Positions 48,166 to 56,763 of a DNA stretch of 64,000 nt are shown here, piece by piece. Within the stretch, counting starts at the first letter, position 1. Every line of letters begins with the position of its first letter. Both the position numbers and the translations under genes were made by a program. The notes beneath the pieces are model-generated. The model was given only the letters and a program-made list of their open reading frames with translations. It ran no database searches and was not told the origin of the DNA. Source of the stretch: an uncultured bacterium (GTDB taxonomy: Bacteria; Bacillota; Clostridia; Lachnospirales; Lachnospiraceae); assembly GCA_947243845.1 (NCBI GenBank), contig CAMXIF010000010.1:39698-103697 (forward strand), written 5' to 3'.

Positions 48166-48762
48166 ATGAAAATATATCTGGCTTCGGCATCGCCTAGGCG
48201 GAAAGAACTGCTCAGACAGGTGGGACTTCCCTTTAAGGTCATGCCCAGTACGGTGGAGGAAAAAGTCACCAAAGAAAAACCGGATGAGGTGGTGGAAGAA
48301 TTATCCTATCAGAAAGCAGTGGATGTCTGCGGCAGACTGACGGCGGAAGGCAAAGAAGACTTTGTGGTCATCGGTGCGGATACGGTAGTGGCGGCCTGGG
48401 GCAAAATCCTCGGAAAGCCAAAGGACAAAGAAGACGCAGAGCGGATGCTTGGCGATCTGCAGGGGGCAGGCCATCAGGTTTATACAGGAGTTACTCTTGC
48501 CTGGAGGTATAAGGATATGTCCGCCATGTACGCCACCTTCAGTGAGTGTACGGATGTGACCATGTATAGCATGAGCAAAGAGGAAATTAAGCGATATGTG
48601 GACAGCGGCGAACCCATGGACAAGGCAGGGGCTTATGCGATTCAGGGTCTGTGCGCCGCCTATATTCAGGGAATCTGCGGAGATTACAATAATGTGGTGG
48701 GACTGCCTGTGGGAAGGCTCTGTCAGGAACTGAAAAGAAGAGGGCTTTTCCCGGACAAGTAA
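48166..48762 (+). CDS. maf: Maf-family nucleoside triphosphate pyrophosphatase
   Basis: LASASPRRKELL, IGADTVV, DKAGAYAIQG and NVVGLP. Confidence 0.95.
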   Translation: MKIYLASASPRRKELLRQVGLPFKVMPSTVEEKVTKEKPDEVVEELSYQKAVDVCGRLTAEGKEDFVVIGADTVVAAWGKILGKPKDKEDAERMLGDLQGAGHQVYTGVTLAWRYKDMSAMYATFSECTDVTMYSMSKEEIKRYVDSGEPMDKAGAYAIQGLCAAYIQGICGDYNNVVGLPVGRLCQELKRRGLFPDK

Positions 48763-48772
48763 GGAGGGTATT

Positions 48773-49030
48773 ATGTTTGATGAGAAGGTAGTACAGTGTT
48801 TTCTGGATAATCAGTTGCAGCTGTATCCGGAAAAAGTAGCAGAAACGCCGGAGGAGGCGGAGAATTTCTTGGAAGAATGCATGGCAGTGGTGGTAGATTC
48901 TGTCAGGGAAGTCTGGGAGTTCTTTGAGGAAGAAGGCATGGATATGGAGGGCGCCGATGAGGAAGAGATTCTGGAAGCGTCCGAAGTGTTTGAGGTCGGT
49001 GACGGCAGATATTTAATCGTAGAAGGCTGA
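48773..49030 (+). CDS. Small, highly acidic hypothetical protein (85 aa)
   Basis: Strong RBS AAGGAGG; about 30% Asp/Glu; function not recognisable. Confidence 0.75.
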   Translation: MFDEKVVQCFLDNQLQLYPEKVAETPEEAENFLEECMAVVVDSVREVWEFFEEEGMDMEGADEEEILEASEVFEVGDGRYLIVEG

Positions 49031-49037
49031 ATCGAGC

Positions 49038-49085
49038 ACAAATCGAGCATTGCTCGATTGCGAGATCCGCTGCGCGGACTCGGAT
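49038..49085 (+). repeat. Two-hairpin REP/MITE-like element, copy 4, with flanking partial copies
   Basis: AATCGAGC-att-GCTCGATT + GCGAGATCCGC-tgc-GCGGACTCGGAT. Partial repeats lie at 49030-49038 and 49107-49121. Confidence 0.85.
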
Positions 49086-49141
49086 GTATGTACGGACTAG
49101 AATCTGTGCGCGGACTCGGATTCGCGTGAGGTTTTAGGCTG

Positions 49142-49960
49142 TTAGAGGTGGAGCAGGCGGCGCATGGTGTCTGCCAGTCCGTCATGTTCATTGTCCAGGT
49201 CGGTGATTACATCGGCCTGTTGCTTTACCTTGTCTGGGGCGTTTTGCATGGCGATACCGGTGCCGGCGGCGTTAATCATGGAGATATCATTGTCCGCATC
49301 TCCGGCGGCGTAGGCGTCTGAAAGAGGAACGCGGAAATAGTCGCAGAGAAAACGCACGGCATTTCCCTTTCCGGCATCCCAGTCAAAAAGTTCCAGATAC
49401 ATGTGGTTGGAGTAGATGGTTCGAACTTTGTTTTCTGCCCAGGTGGAGATACTCCTGCGGAAAAACTCCAGTTTCTCCGGGTCATCGAGACTGATTGCCA
49501 GCATCTTAAAAGGACCCTCGGTAAGGGCTTTGCTTAAAACGGGAGAGATGACCAGAGGCAGATGGATTTTTTGACGATAGTATGTCACCTCTGCATCTTC
49601 TGCAGGGGAGATAATGGCATCACTCCGGTAAGTCTGGATATGCAGATTGAATTGATCTGCCTGATTTTGCAGATAGGAGATATAGGAAAGAGGCAGTCTC
49701 TTTTCCAAAATGCTGCAGGAGCGGTCACAATCATAAATCTGGGTGCCGTTGCTGCAGGTCAGAAAGATACCGGACTGGGTGAGTCCGGCTTTTTCTTTGA
49801 CTTCCAATATACTTAGGAGCGGTCTGCCGGAAGACAAGATCAGCTTATTGCCGGCATTTAGAAATTCGTCCAGAAAGGCTTTGGTGCCGGGAGATACCTG
49901 GCTCTTGTTATTTAAAAGGGTACCGTCTAAATCTGTAAATAGAAGTTTCATGTGTTTCAT
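49142..49960 (-). CDS. Cof-type HAD-IIB hydrolase
   Basis: TDLDGTLL, SSGRP, KGNA and GDADNDISM. Confidence 0.92.
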   Translation of the reverse strand: MKHMKLLFTDLDGTLLNNKSQVSPGTKAFLDEFLNAGNKLILSSGRPLLSILEVKEKAGLTQSGIFLTCSNGTQIYDCDRSCSILEKRLPLSYISYLQNQADQFNLHIQTYRSDAIISPAEDAEVTYYRQKIHLPLVISPVLSKALTEGPFKMLAISLDDPEKLEFFRRSISTWAENKVRTIYSNHMYLELFDWDAGKGNAVRFLCDYFRVPLSDAYAAGDADNDISMINAAGTGIAMQNAPDKVKQQADVITDLDNEHDGLADTMRRLLHL

Positions 49961-49984
49961 TTCCCTGTCAATCTCTTGAATATG

Positions 49985-50863
49985 TTATGTTAACTTATTC
50001 TGGCGCATTGCAGCATCCTTGATACAATCCAGTATTTCTTCCGGGATAAATAGCCGGCCATAACCGGTGCCAAGATCCAGTTTCGGCTTGTTGGCGCCAT
50101 GGAAATCGGAACCGCCGCTCAAGAGCAGGCCGTACTGATCGGCAATCCTGCGCATGTCCCGTTCATCTTGTGGAGTATAGGTGCTGTAGAAAGCTTCAAT
50201 CCCCATGAGACCGACTTCTTTTAAAGAAGCGACAAGAGCGCAGAGCCGGTCATTACCCATATGGTATAGAGGAGGATGCGCTAAGATGGGGATACCCCTC
50301 GCCTGCAGGATCAGCTCCACAGCCTGGGCAGGCGTCACCTTTTCACGGGGGACAAAATATTTGGTGTGATCTCCCAGATATTGAGCGAAAGCATCCGGGC
50401 GGCTTTTGACATAACCGTGTTCGAGAAGATAGGTGGCGTAGTGTGCGCGGGTAATCACGGCACCGGGGTTTTCCGCCTGCAATTTGTCAAAGGTAATATC
50501 GATACCTGCCGTCTGAAGATTCAGACACATCTTATAATTGCGATTGACTCGTGAATCCACGAAGGCATTGAGCCTGTCCTGAAAGGCCGGGGCATCGTAG
50601 GAGATGTAAAGTCCTACGATGTGTACGTCCTTTTGCTCATATTTGGTGGAAAATTCGATTCCTGGGATAACTTCGGGACAGGGAACGCCCTTCTTTGTCA
50701 GCGAAGCCGCATAGGAGAGGGCTTCGTCCAGGCCGTCCGTGGTGTCGTGGTCTGTGATGGCTACGGCGGCAAGTCCCTTCTCCATGGCATAATCCACCAG
50801 CTGTGTGGGTGTAAAACTGCCGTCTGATTTGCAGGTATGGGTGTGCAGGTCGACAGGTCTCAT
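49985..50863 (-). CDS. PHP-domain phosphoesterase (YciV/TrpH-like)
   Basis: DLHTHTCKSDG, AITDHD, GIEFS, HIVG, LAHP and GGSDFHG. Confidence 0.9.
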   Translation of the reverse strand: MRPVDLHTHTCKSDGSFTPTQLVDYAMEKGLAAVAITDHDTTDGLDEALSYAASLTKKGVPCPEVIPGIEFSTKYEQKDVHIVGLYISYDAPAFQDRLNAFVDSRVNRNYKMCLNLQTAGIDITFDKLQAENPGAVITRAHYATYLLEHGYVKSRPDAFAQYLGDHTKYFVPREKVTPAQAVELILQARGIPILAHPPLYHMGNDRLCALVASLKEVGLMGIEAFYSTYTPQDERDMRRIADQYGLLLSGGSDFHGANKPKLDLGTGYGRLFIPEEILDCIKDAAMRQNKLT

Positions 50864-50865
50864 GG

Positions 50866-52506
50866 TTAGTCGTCCTCTTCCTGGTTGGCGGTACTGGTGT
50901 AGACGGTACGTTTTCTTGCCATCTCATCGTTTGCCAGATACTCATCGTAGGTGGTGATCTTATCTACTAATGTGCCGTCCGGTAGAATTTCCATAATGCG
51001 GTTTGCTGTAGTCTGCACGACCTGATGGTCATGACAGGAGAACAACTCCACACCCTTGAATTTCTTCATGCCCTCGTTGAGAGCGGTGATGGCTTCCATA
51101 TCCAGATGGTTGGTTGGTTCATCGAAGAGCAGGCAGTTTGCACCGCTGATCATCATCTTGGAGAGCAGACACCGAACCTTCTCACCACCGGATAAGACCT
51201 TCACCTTTTTGACACCGTCCTCTCCGGCAAAGAGCATACGTCCCAGGAAACCACGGACATAGGTCACATCCTTCACGGGAGAATAACCCATAAGCCAGTC
51301 GGTGATAGTGTAATCATTGTCAAATTCTGCGGTATTGTCCTTCGGGAAATAAGCCTGGGAGGTGGTAACGCCCCATTTATAGGTGCCCTCGTCAGGTTCC
51401 ATCTCGCCCGTCAGGATCTTAAACAAAGTGGTCTTTGCAAGTTCATTGCCGCCCACCAATGCAATCTTATCGTCATGTCCCACAATAAAGGAAATGTTGT
51501 CCAGCACCTTTTCCCCATTGATGGTCTTGGAAAGCCCCTCCACAGTCAGCACCTCGTTGCCAATCTCGCGTTCCGGTCTGAAATCGATGTAGGGATATTT
51601 ACGGCTGGAAGGACGGATGTCATCCAGTTCAATCTTTTCCAGAGCACGTTTTCTGGATGTGGCCTGTTTTGATTTGGATGCATTGGCGGAGAAACGGGAG
51701 ATAAACTCCTGCAGTTCTTTGATCTGCTCCTCCTTCTTCTTATTGGCTTCCTTGCGCTGTTTGATGATCAACTGGCTGGATTCATACCAGAAATCATAGT
51801 TGCCTGCATAGAGCTGAATCTTGCCATAGTCGATGTCCGCGATCTGGGTGCAGACTTTGTTCAGGAAATAACGGTCGTGGGAGACCACGATGACCGTATT
51901 TTCAAAATCAATCAAAAAGTCCTCCAGCCAGGCGATGGCGTCTAAGTCCAGATGGTTGGTGGGCTCGTCAAGAAGCAGGATGTCAGGATTGCCAAAAAGC
52001 GCTTTGGCTAACAACACCTTGACTTTCTCATTACCGTTTAAATCTGCCATCATACTGTAATGCAGGTCTGTCTCGATGCCAAGACCGTTTAAGAGCATGG
52101 CGGCATTGGTCTCTGCGTCCCAGCCGTCCATTTCCGCAAATTCTGCTTCCAGTTCACTGGCACGGATACCATCTTCATCGGAAAAATCTTCCTTGGCATA
52201 GATGGCGTCCTTCTCTTTCATGATCTGGTAGAGCCGTTCATTGCCCATGATGACCGTATCCATGACAGGGTAGGAATCATATTTAAAATGATCCTGCTCC
52301 AGGACGGACAGACGCTGTCCCGGCGTGATGGACACATCGCCATTGGTGGTCTCCAGAACACCGGAGAGGATTTTCAGGAAAGTGGACTTGCCGGCGCCGT
52401 TGGCACCGATCAGCCCATAGCAGTTGCCTTCCGTGAATTTGATGTTCACATCTTCAAAGAGCGCTTTTTTGCCTACGCGCAATGTTACATTATTAGCCTG
52501 TATCAT
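50866..52506 (-). CDS. ABC-F family ATPase (YbiT/YkpA-like)
   Basis: Two NBDs (GANGAGKST; GGNELAKT / LSGGE; DEPTNHLD twice), a KSKQATSR linker and no TM domain. Confidence 0.93.
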   Translation of the reverse strand: MIQANNVTLRVGKKALFEDVNIKFTEGNCYGLIGANGAGKSTFLKILSGVLETTNGDVSITPGQRLSVLEQDHFKYDSYPVMDTVIMGNERLYQIMKEKDAIYAKEDFSDEDGIRASELEAEFAEMDGWDAETNAAMLLNGLGIETDLHYSMMADLNGNEKVKVLLAKALFGNPDILLLDEPTNHLDLDAIAWLEDFLIDFENTVIVVSHDRYFLNKVCTQIADIDYGKIQLYAGNYDFWYESSQLIIKQRKEANKKKEEQIKELQEFISRFSANASKSKQATSRKRALEKIELDDIRPSSRKYPYIDFRPEREIGNEVLTVEGLSKTINGEKVLDNISFIVGHDDKIALVGGNELAKTTLFKILTGEMEPDEGTYKWGVTTSQAYFPKDNTAEFDNDYTITDWLMGYSPVKDVTYVRGFLGRMLFAGEDGVKKVKVLSGGEKVRCLLSKMMISGANCLLFDEPTNHLDMEAITALNEGMKKFKGVELFSCHDHQVVQTTANRIMEILPDGTLVDKITTYDEYLANDEMARKRTVYTSTANQEEDD

Positions 52507-52555
52507 GTTGAAACCTCATATTTTCTTAGATTTTCTGCCTTTGGTTACTCATATC

Positions 52556-52583
52556 ATTATACATGAAAACATTGTTTTTTCAA
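52556..52583 (-). promoter_or_regulatory. Putative promoter of the ABC-F / PHP / Cof cluster
   Basis: On the minus strand, TTGAAA, 16-bp spacer, TATAAT. Confidence 0.5.
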
Positions 52584-52708
52584 GGGAAAACATGGCGGGG
52601 GGTGAGAGGAAGATAAAAGAGAACAGAAAATAGAAAATATGAAACCTTTCCCCAAGCTGAATCGTATTACTATATATAGGAATACAAAAGCTGTGGGGGA
52701 GGGACAAC

Positions 52709-53587
52709 ATGAGCGGATTTTTAATGACACCGATGACACGCCTCTATATAGAAACTTTACAGAATATGAACAATGCTGCCGGGCAAGCGGCTACCAAGAA
52801 TCCAGTCAGCGGACAGACAGGCAGTGCCGGGGCGGGTACAGCGGACGCGGGGAGGACGAATGCCGGCAGATTTGCGGATGCCGTGAATGAGCAGCTGGCC
52901 CGCAAGGACGGCGCTTCCCCTGATGCGGCCGGGATGGTCACCGGCAGGAATGAGGCGTTGGTGCAGGCCATGTCCAGAGAAGAATATAAGCTGTATATTT
53001 ATCAGAAGATCACAGGAATGCCGATGCATCCTTCCCAGAGATGGGATGCCGTGATGGTCAATATCTCAGAGGAAGGTTTTGCTGCCATGCAGGCGGATCC
53101 TGCTTACGAAAAGTGGGTGCTCGATACCCTGCGCAAGGATTTTGCCTTCCATAATCCCTGGAGCGATTATGCCGGCGGAAGCTATCGGAACCATTATTTT
53201 GGTGCCACCAAGGAAGAGTACAGGGGAGAGAGTATTCCCATGGGATGTCGAAAAAGAGGCAAACGCAAGAAAGCTTCTAAGCAGAAAGAGAAAGGGTTCT
53301 GGGAAAAGCGTGCCGAACGGCATAAATTGTATATGGATCTGCTTCAGAAGGCCCGGTATAAGCATGAGAATGAACAGAAATACCGGGTGGCAATCGACAT
53401 ACAGCGCAAGGAAGTAAGCAGTGCATTGTTACAACAGTGGGCAATGGAACAGATTACGGGAGAAGAACAGGAACTGGGGATAAATCCATCGGTTTTATCC
53501 CAGGCGGCAACGGACTTTGCCCAGGGCTATATTTTCTTTAAGATTCCCAGTGCGCTGATGAATCCGCGGCCGAAGACCGGTAAGTAA
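52709..53587 (+). CDS. Hypothetical protein (292 aa)
   Basis: RBS GGAGG and a long ORF. Ala/Gly-rich N-terminus, central NISEEGFAAMQADPAYEKWV segment and a basic stretch. Confidence 0.75.
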   Translation: MSGFLMTPMTRLYIETLQNMNNAAGQAATKNPVSGQTGSAGAGTADAGRTNAGRFADAVNEQLARKDGASPDAAGMVTGRNEALVQAMSREEYKLYIYQKITGMPMHPSQRWDAVMVNISEEGFAAMQADPAYEKWVLDTLRKDFAFHNPWSDYAGGSYRNHYFGATKEEYRGESIPMGCRKRGKRKKASKQKEKGFWEKRAERHKLYMDLLQKARYKHENEQKYRVAIDIQRKEVSSALLQQWAMEQITGEEQELGINPSVLSQAATDFAQGYIFFKIPSALMNPRPKTGK

Positions 53588-53606
53588 CGGATTGATAGGA
53601 ATACAA

Positions 53607-54920
53607 TCAGGGAAGCATCACCGTAAAGATACTGCCGCCGCCCGGATTGTCGGAAACGGTGATCGTGCCATGATGGAATTTAATGATTTCTGCGGCGATA
53701 GATAAACCCAGCCCGAAGTGCCCTTTGGTGCTTCGGGATTTTTCTGCCCTGTAAAAGCGGTCGAAGATTTTCTTCTTGTCTTCGTCCGGTATGCCGATTC
53801 CGGTGTCAGAGACGGTAAGATAAAAGCGGGATTTCTTATATTGAAGAGACAATTCAATCTGGCCGCCGGCAGGTGTGTAGCTGATGGCATTGTGCAGAAG
53901 GATGGAGAGCACCTGACTGATGCGCTCATCGTCAGCCATGCAGACAGGGACAGAGGTGTCCGGCAGAGTGATGCTGAGTGTCTGGGATTTTTTACGGGCT
54001 ACGGGTTCAAAAGCTTCGTATGTGTTCATCAAAAGGGTATCCAATTCCACTTCTTTGGGGCGGATTGGAAAATTGTGGTTATCAGAGTTGCTTAAAGTGA
54101 GCATGTCATTGATCAGGGATGACATCAGGGCGCCTTCCTGCTGTATGGTGTCAAGAAATCCCTGCTGCTTTTTCGCATCGGCATTGTGGCAGCAATCTAC
54201 GGCAGTGAGGATGACGGATAAAGGCGTGCGCAGTTCATGGGAAGCAGCCGCAATGAAGGCGGTCTGGCGGCGGCGGTTCTCGATGATGGGCTGTAAAAGC
54301 CTGCCTGTAAAAAAGAAGGAAAAGAGTGTTAAGACGAGCACAGCCGTCACATCAATCAGTAGAAAGCGGACCCGTTGTCTTCGGATCTGTTCTTTCAGAA
54401 AATCCAGAGAGTGCAGTATCACCATCTGCAACGAAGAATCATTTCGGTTCAGCTCAATGACGCTGGCGTAGAATTCATGTCTGCCGCCATTAGGGTTAAA
54501 GGGAAATTCGGCGTGAAAGCAGGTATTGTAGAGGCCGGAGTTGAGTTCTTTTCCGGTGACCGTATACTCATATTCATAGGAAGCGTGGTAAGTGTCGAGA
54601 CATTTCTCCAGAAGTTCTTCCGTATCTGTCATTTCAGAAAAACCACCAAGACGATTATATAGAAACGGGATACCGTTATCCATAACAAAAAAGGAATAAT
54701 TGCCGCTGGATTCCATTTTAGAGAGCCATTCCATGGAGATGACGGACTGCTGCTCTAAACTGGTAGTAATGGTATTGATATCGTTTTGAAATGAAGTATA
54801 TTGGTTGTCATAAAGCCCCTTTTCTGAAATATAAAGATAACACAGGGACATTACGATCATGATGGCGGCGGTGATGCCTGCGCACATTGCCGTCAGATAC
54901 AGGTGTACTTTCTGAAACAT
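53607..54920 (-). CDS. Membrane sensor histidine kinase (HisKA/HATPase_c)
   Basis: Two TMs, ASHELRTPL, LLHNAISY, DTGIGI, FDRFYR and GLGLSIA. ATG 54920 follows GGAGG. Confidence 0.92.
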   Translation of the reverse strand: MFQKVHLYLTAMCAGITAAIMIVMSLCYLYISEKGLYDNQYTSFQNDINTITTSLEQQSVISMEWLSKMESSGNYSFFVMDNGIPFLYNRLGGFSEMTDTEELLEKCLDTYHASYEYEYTVTGKELNSGLYNTCFHAEFPFNPNGGRHEFYASVIELNRNDSSLQMVILHSLDFLKEQIRRQRVRFLLIDVTAVLVLTLFSFFFTGRLLQPIIENRRRQTAFIAAASHELRTPLSVILTAVDCCHNADAKKQQGFLDTIQQEGALMSSLINDMLTLSNSDNHNFPIRPKEVELDTLLMNTYEAFEPVARKKSQTLSITLPDTSVPVCMADDERISQVLSILLHNAISYTPAGGQIELSLQYKKSRFYLTVSDTGIGIPDEDKKKIFDRFYRAEKSRSTKGHFGLGLSIAAEIIKFHHGTITVSDNPGGGSIFTVMLP

Positions 54921-54973
54921 GGTTCCTCCGCATATCCGAGTCCACAAACGAACTTTGCTTGTCTGTTATAACA

Positions 54974-55651
54974 TTATTCAGGTTTGACGATGCAATACCC
55001 GACACCCCGGACGGTCTTAAGGGTGAGACGACTGCCCACACTCTTTAATCGTCTGCGGAGAAAATGGATATAATTGTCCAGATTGCCTTCCTCCACGTCA
55101 CTGTCGGGACCCCAGACTTTTAAGAGCAGCGTGGAACGGGGAACAGTGGCCTCGCCGTTTTTTAAGAATGTTTCCAGAAGCGCAGATTCCCGCTTGGAAA
55201 TGGTACAGCTTCCGGTGGGGCCGGTCAGGCGGCTCTGATTGGCTGACCAGGTAATATCAAACAAGGTGACGCTTTCTTCGTCCACAATCTGATGCGGCCG
55301 TCTTGTCACACAGCGGATGCGTGCCAGAAGTTCCTCCAGGGCAAACGGTTTGACCAGATAATCATCGGCGCCCATATCCAGGCCGGTCACTTTATCGGAG
55401 AGGGTGCCAAGCGCGGTGATCAGAATGATGGGTGTGTAGATACCGTTTGCGCGCAGGGCTTCCAGGACATCAGTGCCTTCCATATAGGGCAGCATACGGT
55501 CTAAGAGGATGACGTCATAGATGTTCTGCTCCCCATAGAAAAGGGCGTCCTCCCCGTCAAAACAGGAGTCCACGGCAAAGCCGGCCTGTGTCAGCCCGTA
55601 GGTGAGAGTCTCATTGAGTTTTGCATCGTCTTCGGCTAGAAGTATTCGCAT
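54974..55651 (-). CDS. OmpR/PhoB-family response regulator
   Basis: AEDD, LLDRMLP, LITA, KPF and winged-helix VWG..GNLDNYIHFLRRRL..TVRGVGY. Confidence 0.95.
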   Translation of the reverse strand: MRILLAEDDAKLNETLTYGLTQAGFAVDSCFDGEDALFYGEQNIYDVILLDRMLPYMEGTDVLEALRANGIYTPIILITALGTLSDKVTGLDMGADDYLVKPFALEELLARIRCVTRRPHQIVDEESVTLFDITWSANQSRLTGPTGSCTISKRESALLETFLKNGEATVPRSTLLLKVWGPDSDVEEGNLDNYIHFLRRRLKSVGSRLTLKTVRGVGYCIVKPE

Positions 55652-55720
55652 GTTTTTGGGGTTCCTTTTTACGTATGTTTGTAGGGCTTTGCCCTATCAA
55701 TGCTTATTGCTTTCGTGTAT

Positions 55721-55754
55721 AGTATACCACAACAATCTTGAAGGAATCTCTAAA
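55721..55754 (-). promoter_or_regulatory. Promoter of the OmpR two-component system with a tandem direct-repeat box
   Basis: On the minus strand, TTTAGAGA-ttc-CTTCAAGA, 9 nt, then TATACT (TG-g extended). Confidence 0.7.
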
Positions 55755-55883
55755 AATGTTTTGGAAAAGAATGGGGGTTGAAGAATGGTTATTGCTTTGG
55801 ATGGGAAAAGCGTATATAATTATCGAGTATGACGTACGTGAGATTGCAGCTTCTGAAAAATGATGTAACGAGAGAGACGGATT

Positions 55884-56630
55884 ATGTATTCGATTGCCAT
55901 TTGTGATGACGAAACAGAAGAATTGGATAGAACACAGGAAAGCCTGAAGGATTATATGAAACAGAAATCCATCAGGGATTGTGAGGTGGGGCGGTTTGTA
56001 AATGCGGAAGAACTGCTTTATTCGATGAAGCACAATGATTATATGCCGGATATTCTTCTGCTGGATATTTATATGCCGGAGAAGCTGGGAACAACGCTTG
56101 CCAGGGAAATTCGGGATATGGGCGGTACCAGCCGGATTATCTTCCTGACTTCTTCTAAGGAGCATGCGCTGGAGGCATTTCGTCTGGAGGCGGCCCAGTA
56201 CCTGGTGAAGCCGGTGGTGGAGGCAGAACTGTTTGCAGTGCTTGACAAGTGTTTCCGGGATATTGAGGAGGAGGCGAAGAAGTATCTGCTGTTTAAAGTG
56301 GATGGCAGGATCCGCAGGATCTCGTTAAGTGATATTCTCTACTGTGAGGCGCAGGGCAAACGGCAGTACCTGCATTTTTCGGACGGCACGCATTTAGTCT
56401 TAAATATGACGATGGCTGAGATTGGGAATCTGGTGTTGGATTACCCGGAGTTTACCAAGGTCGGCATTTCTTATATCATCAATATGAATCATCTGGATAC
56501 TTTAAATGCCAGAGAAGCACATCTTGACAATGGACATTCTATCTATCTGCCCAGAGGTTCCTATGGGGTACTGCGGGAGAATTATTTCCGTTATTACTGT
56601 GGGGGGGGGGTAGATCGAGATAAGGTATGA
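55884..56630 (+). CDS. LytTR-family response regulator (AgrA/LytR type)
   Basis: ICDD, LLLDIYMP, FLT, KP receiver; ILYCEAQGK, LNMTM and SYIINMNH LytTR domain. Confidence 0.92.
   Translation: MYSIAICDDETEELDRTQESLKDYMKQKSIRDCEVGRFVNAEELLYSMKHNDYMPDILLLDIYMPEKLGTTLAREIRDMGGTSRIIFLTSSKEHALEAFRLEAAQYLVKPVVEAELFAVLDKCFRDIEEEAKKYLLFKVDGRIRRISLSDILYCEAQGKRQYLHFSDGTHLVLNMTMAEIGNLVLDYPEFTKVGISYIINMNHLDTLNAREAHLDNGHSIYLPRGSYGVLRENYFRYYCGGGVDRDKV
56601..56610 (+). repeat. G10 homopolymer in the last codons of the LytTR gene
   Basis: TGT-GGGGGGGGGG-TAG. Confidence 0.9.
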
Positions 56631-56651
56631 GTGGTATTATGTAAACTAAAA

Positions 56652-56721
56652 TGCAAAGTATACCATAAAAAGTGCAAAGTATACCAAAAACTTTTAATAT
56701 TTTTTTGTTTTATGTTAGAAT
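56652..56721 (+). promoter_or_regulatory. LytTR-type binding site and promoter of the MCP gene
   Basis: TGCAAAGTATACCA at 56652 and 56673 (21-bp period; AAAGTATAC-N12-AAAGTATAC), poor -35, TG-t-TAGAAT at 56713-56721. Confidence 0.75.
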
Positions 56722-56763
56722 AATCTTTACAGAATTTTTGCAGAACTGACTGATGAGAGGTGC

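Noticed and set aside
55681-55697. GTAGGGC-ttt-GCCCTA mini-hairpin as a RAYT-type REP
   Set aside because: It has a GTAG start and a 3-nt loop but is only 16 bp, single copy here, and lacks the GCGAGAT/ACTCGG core.
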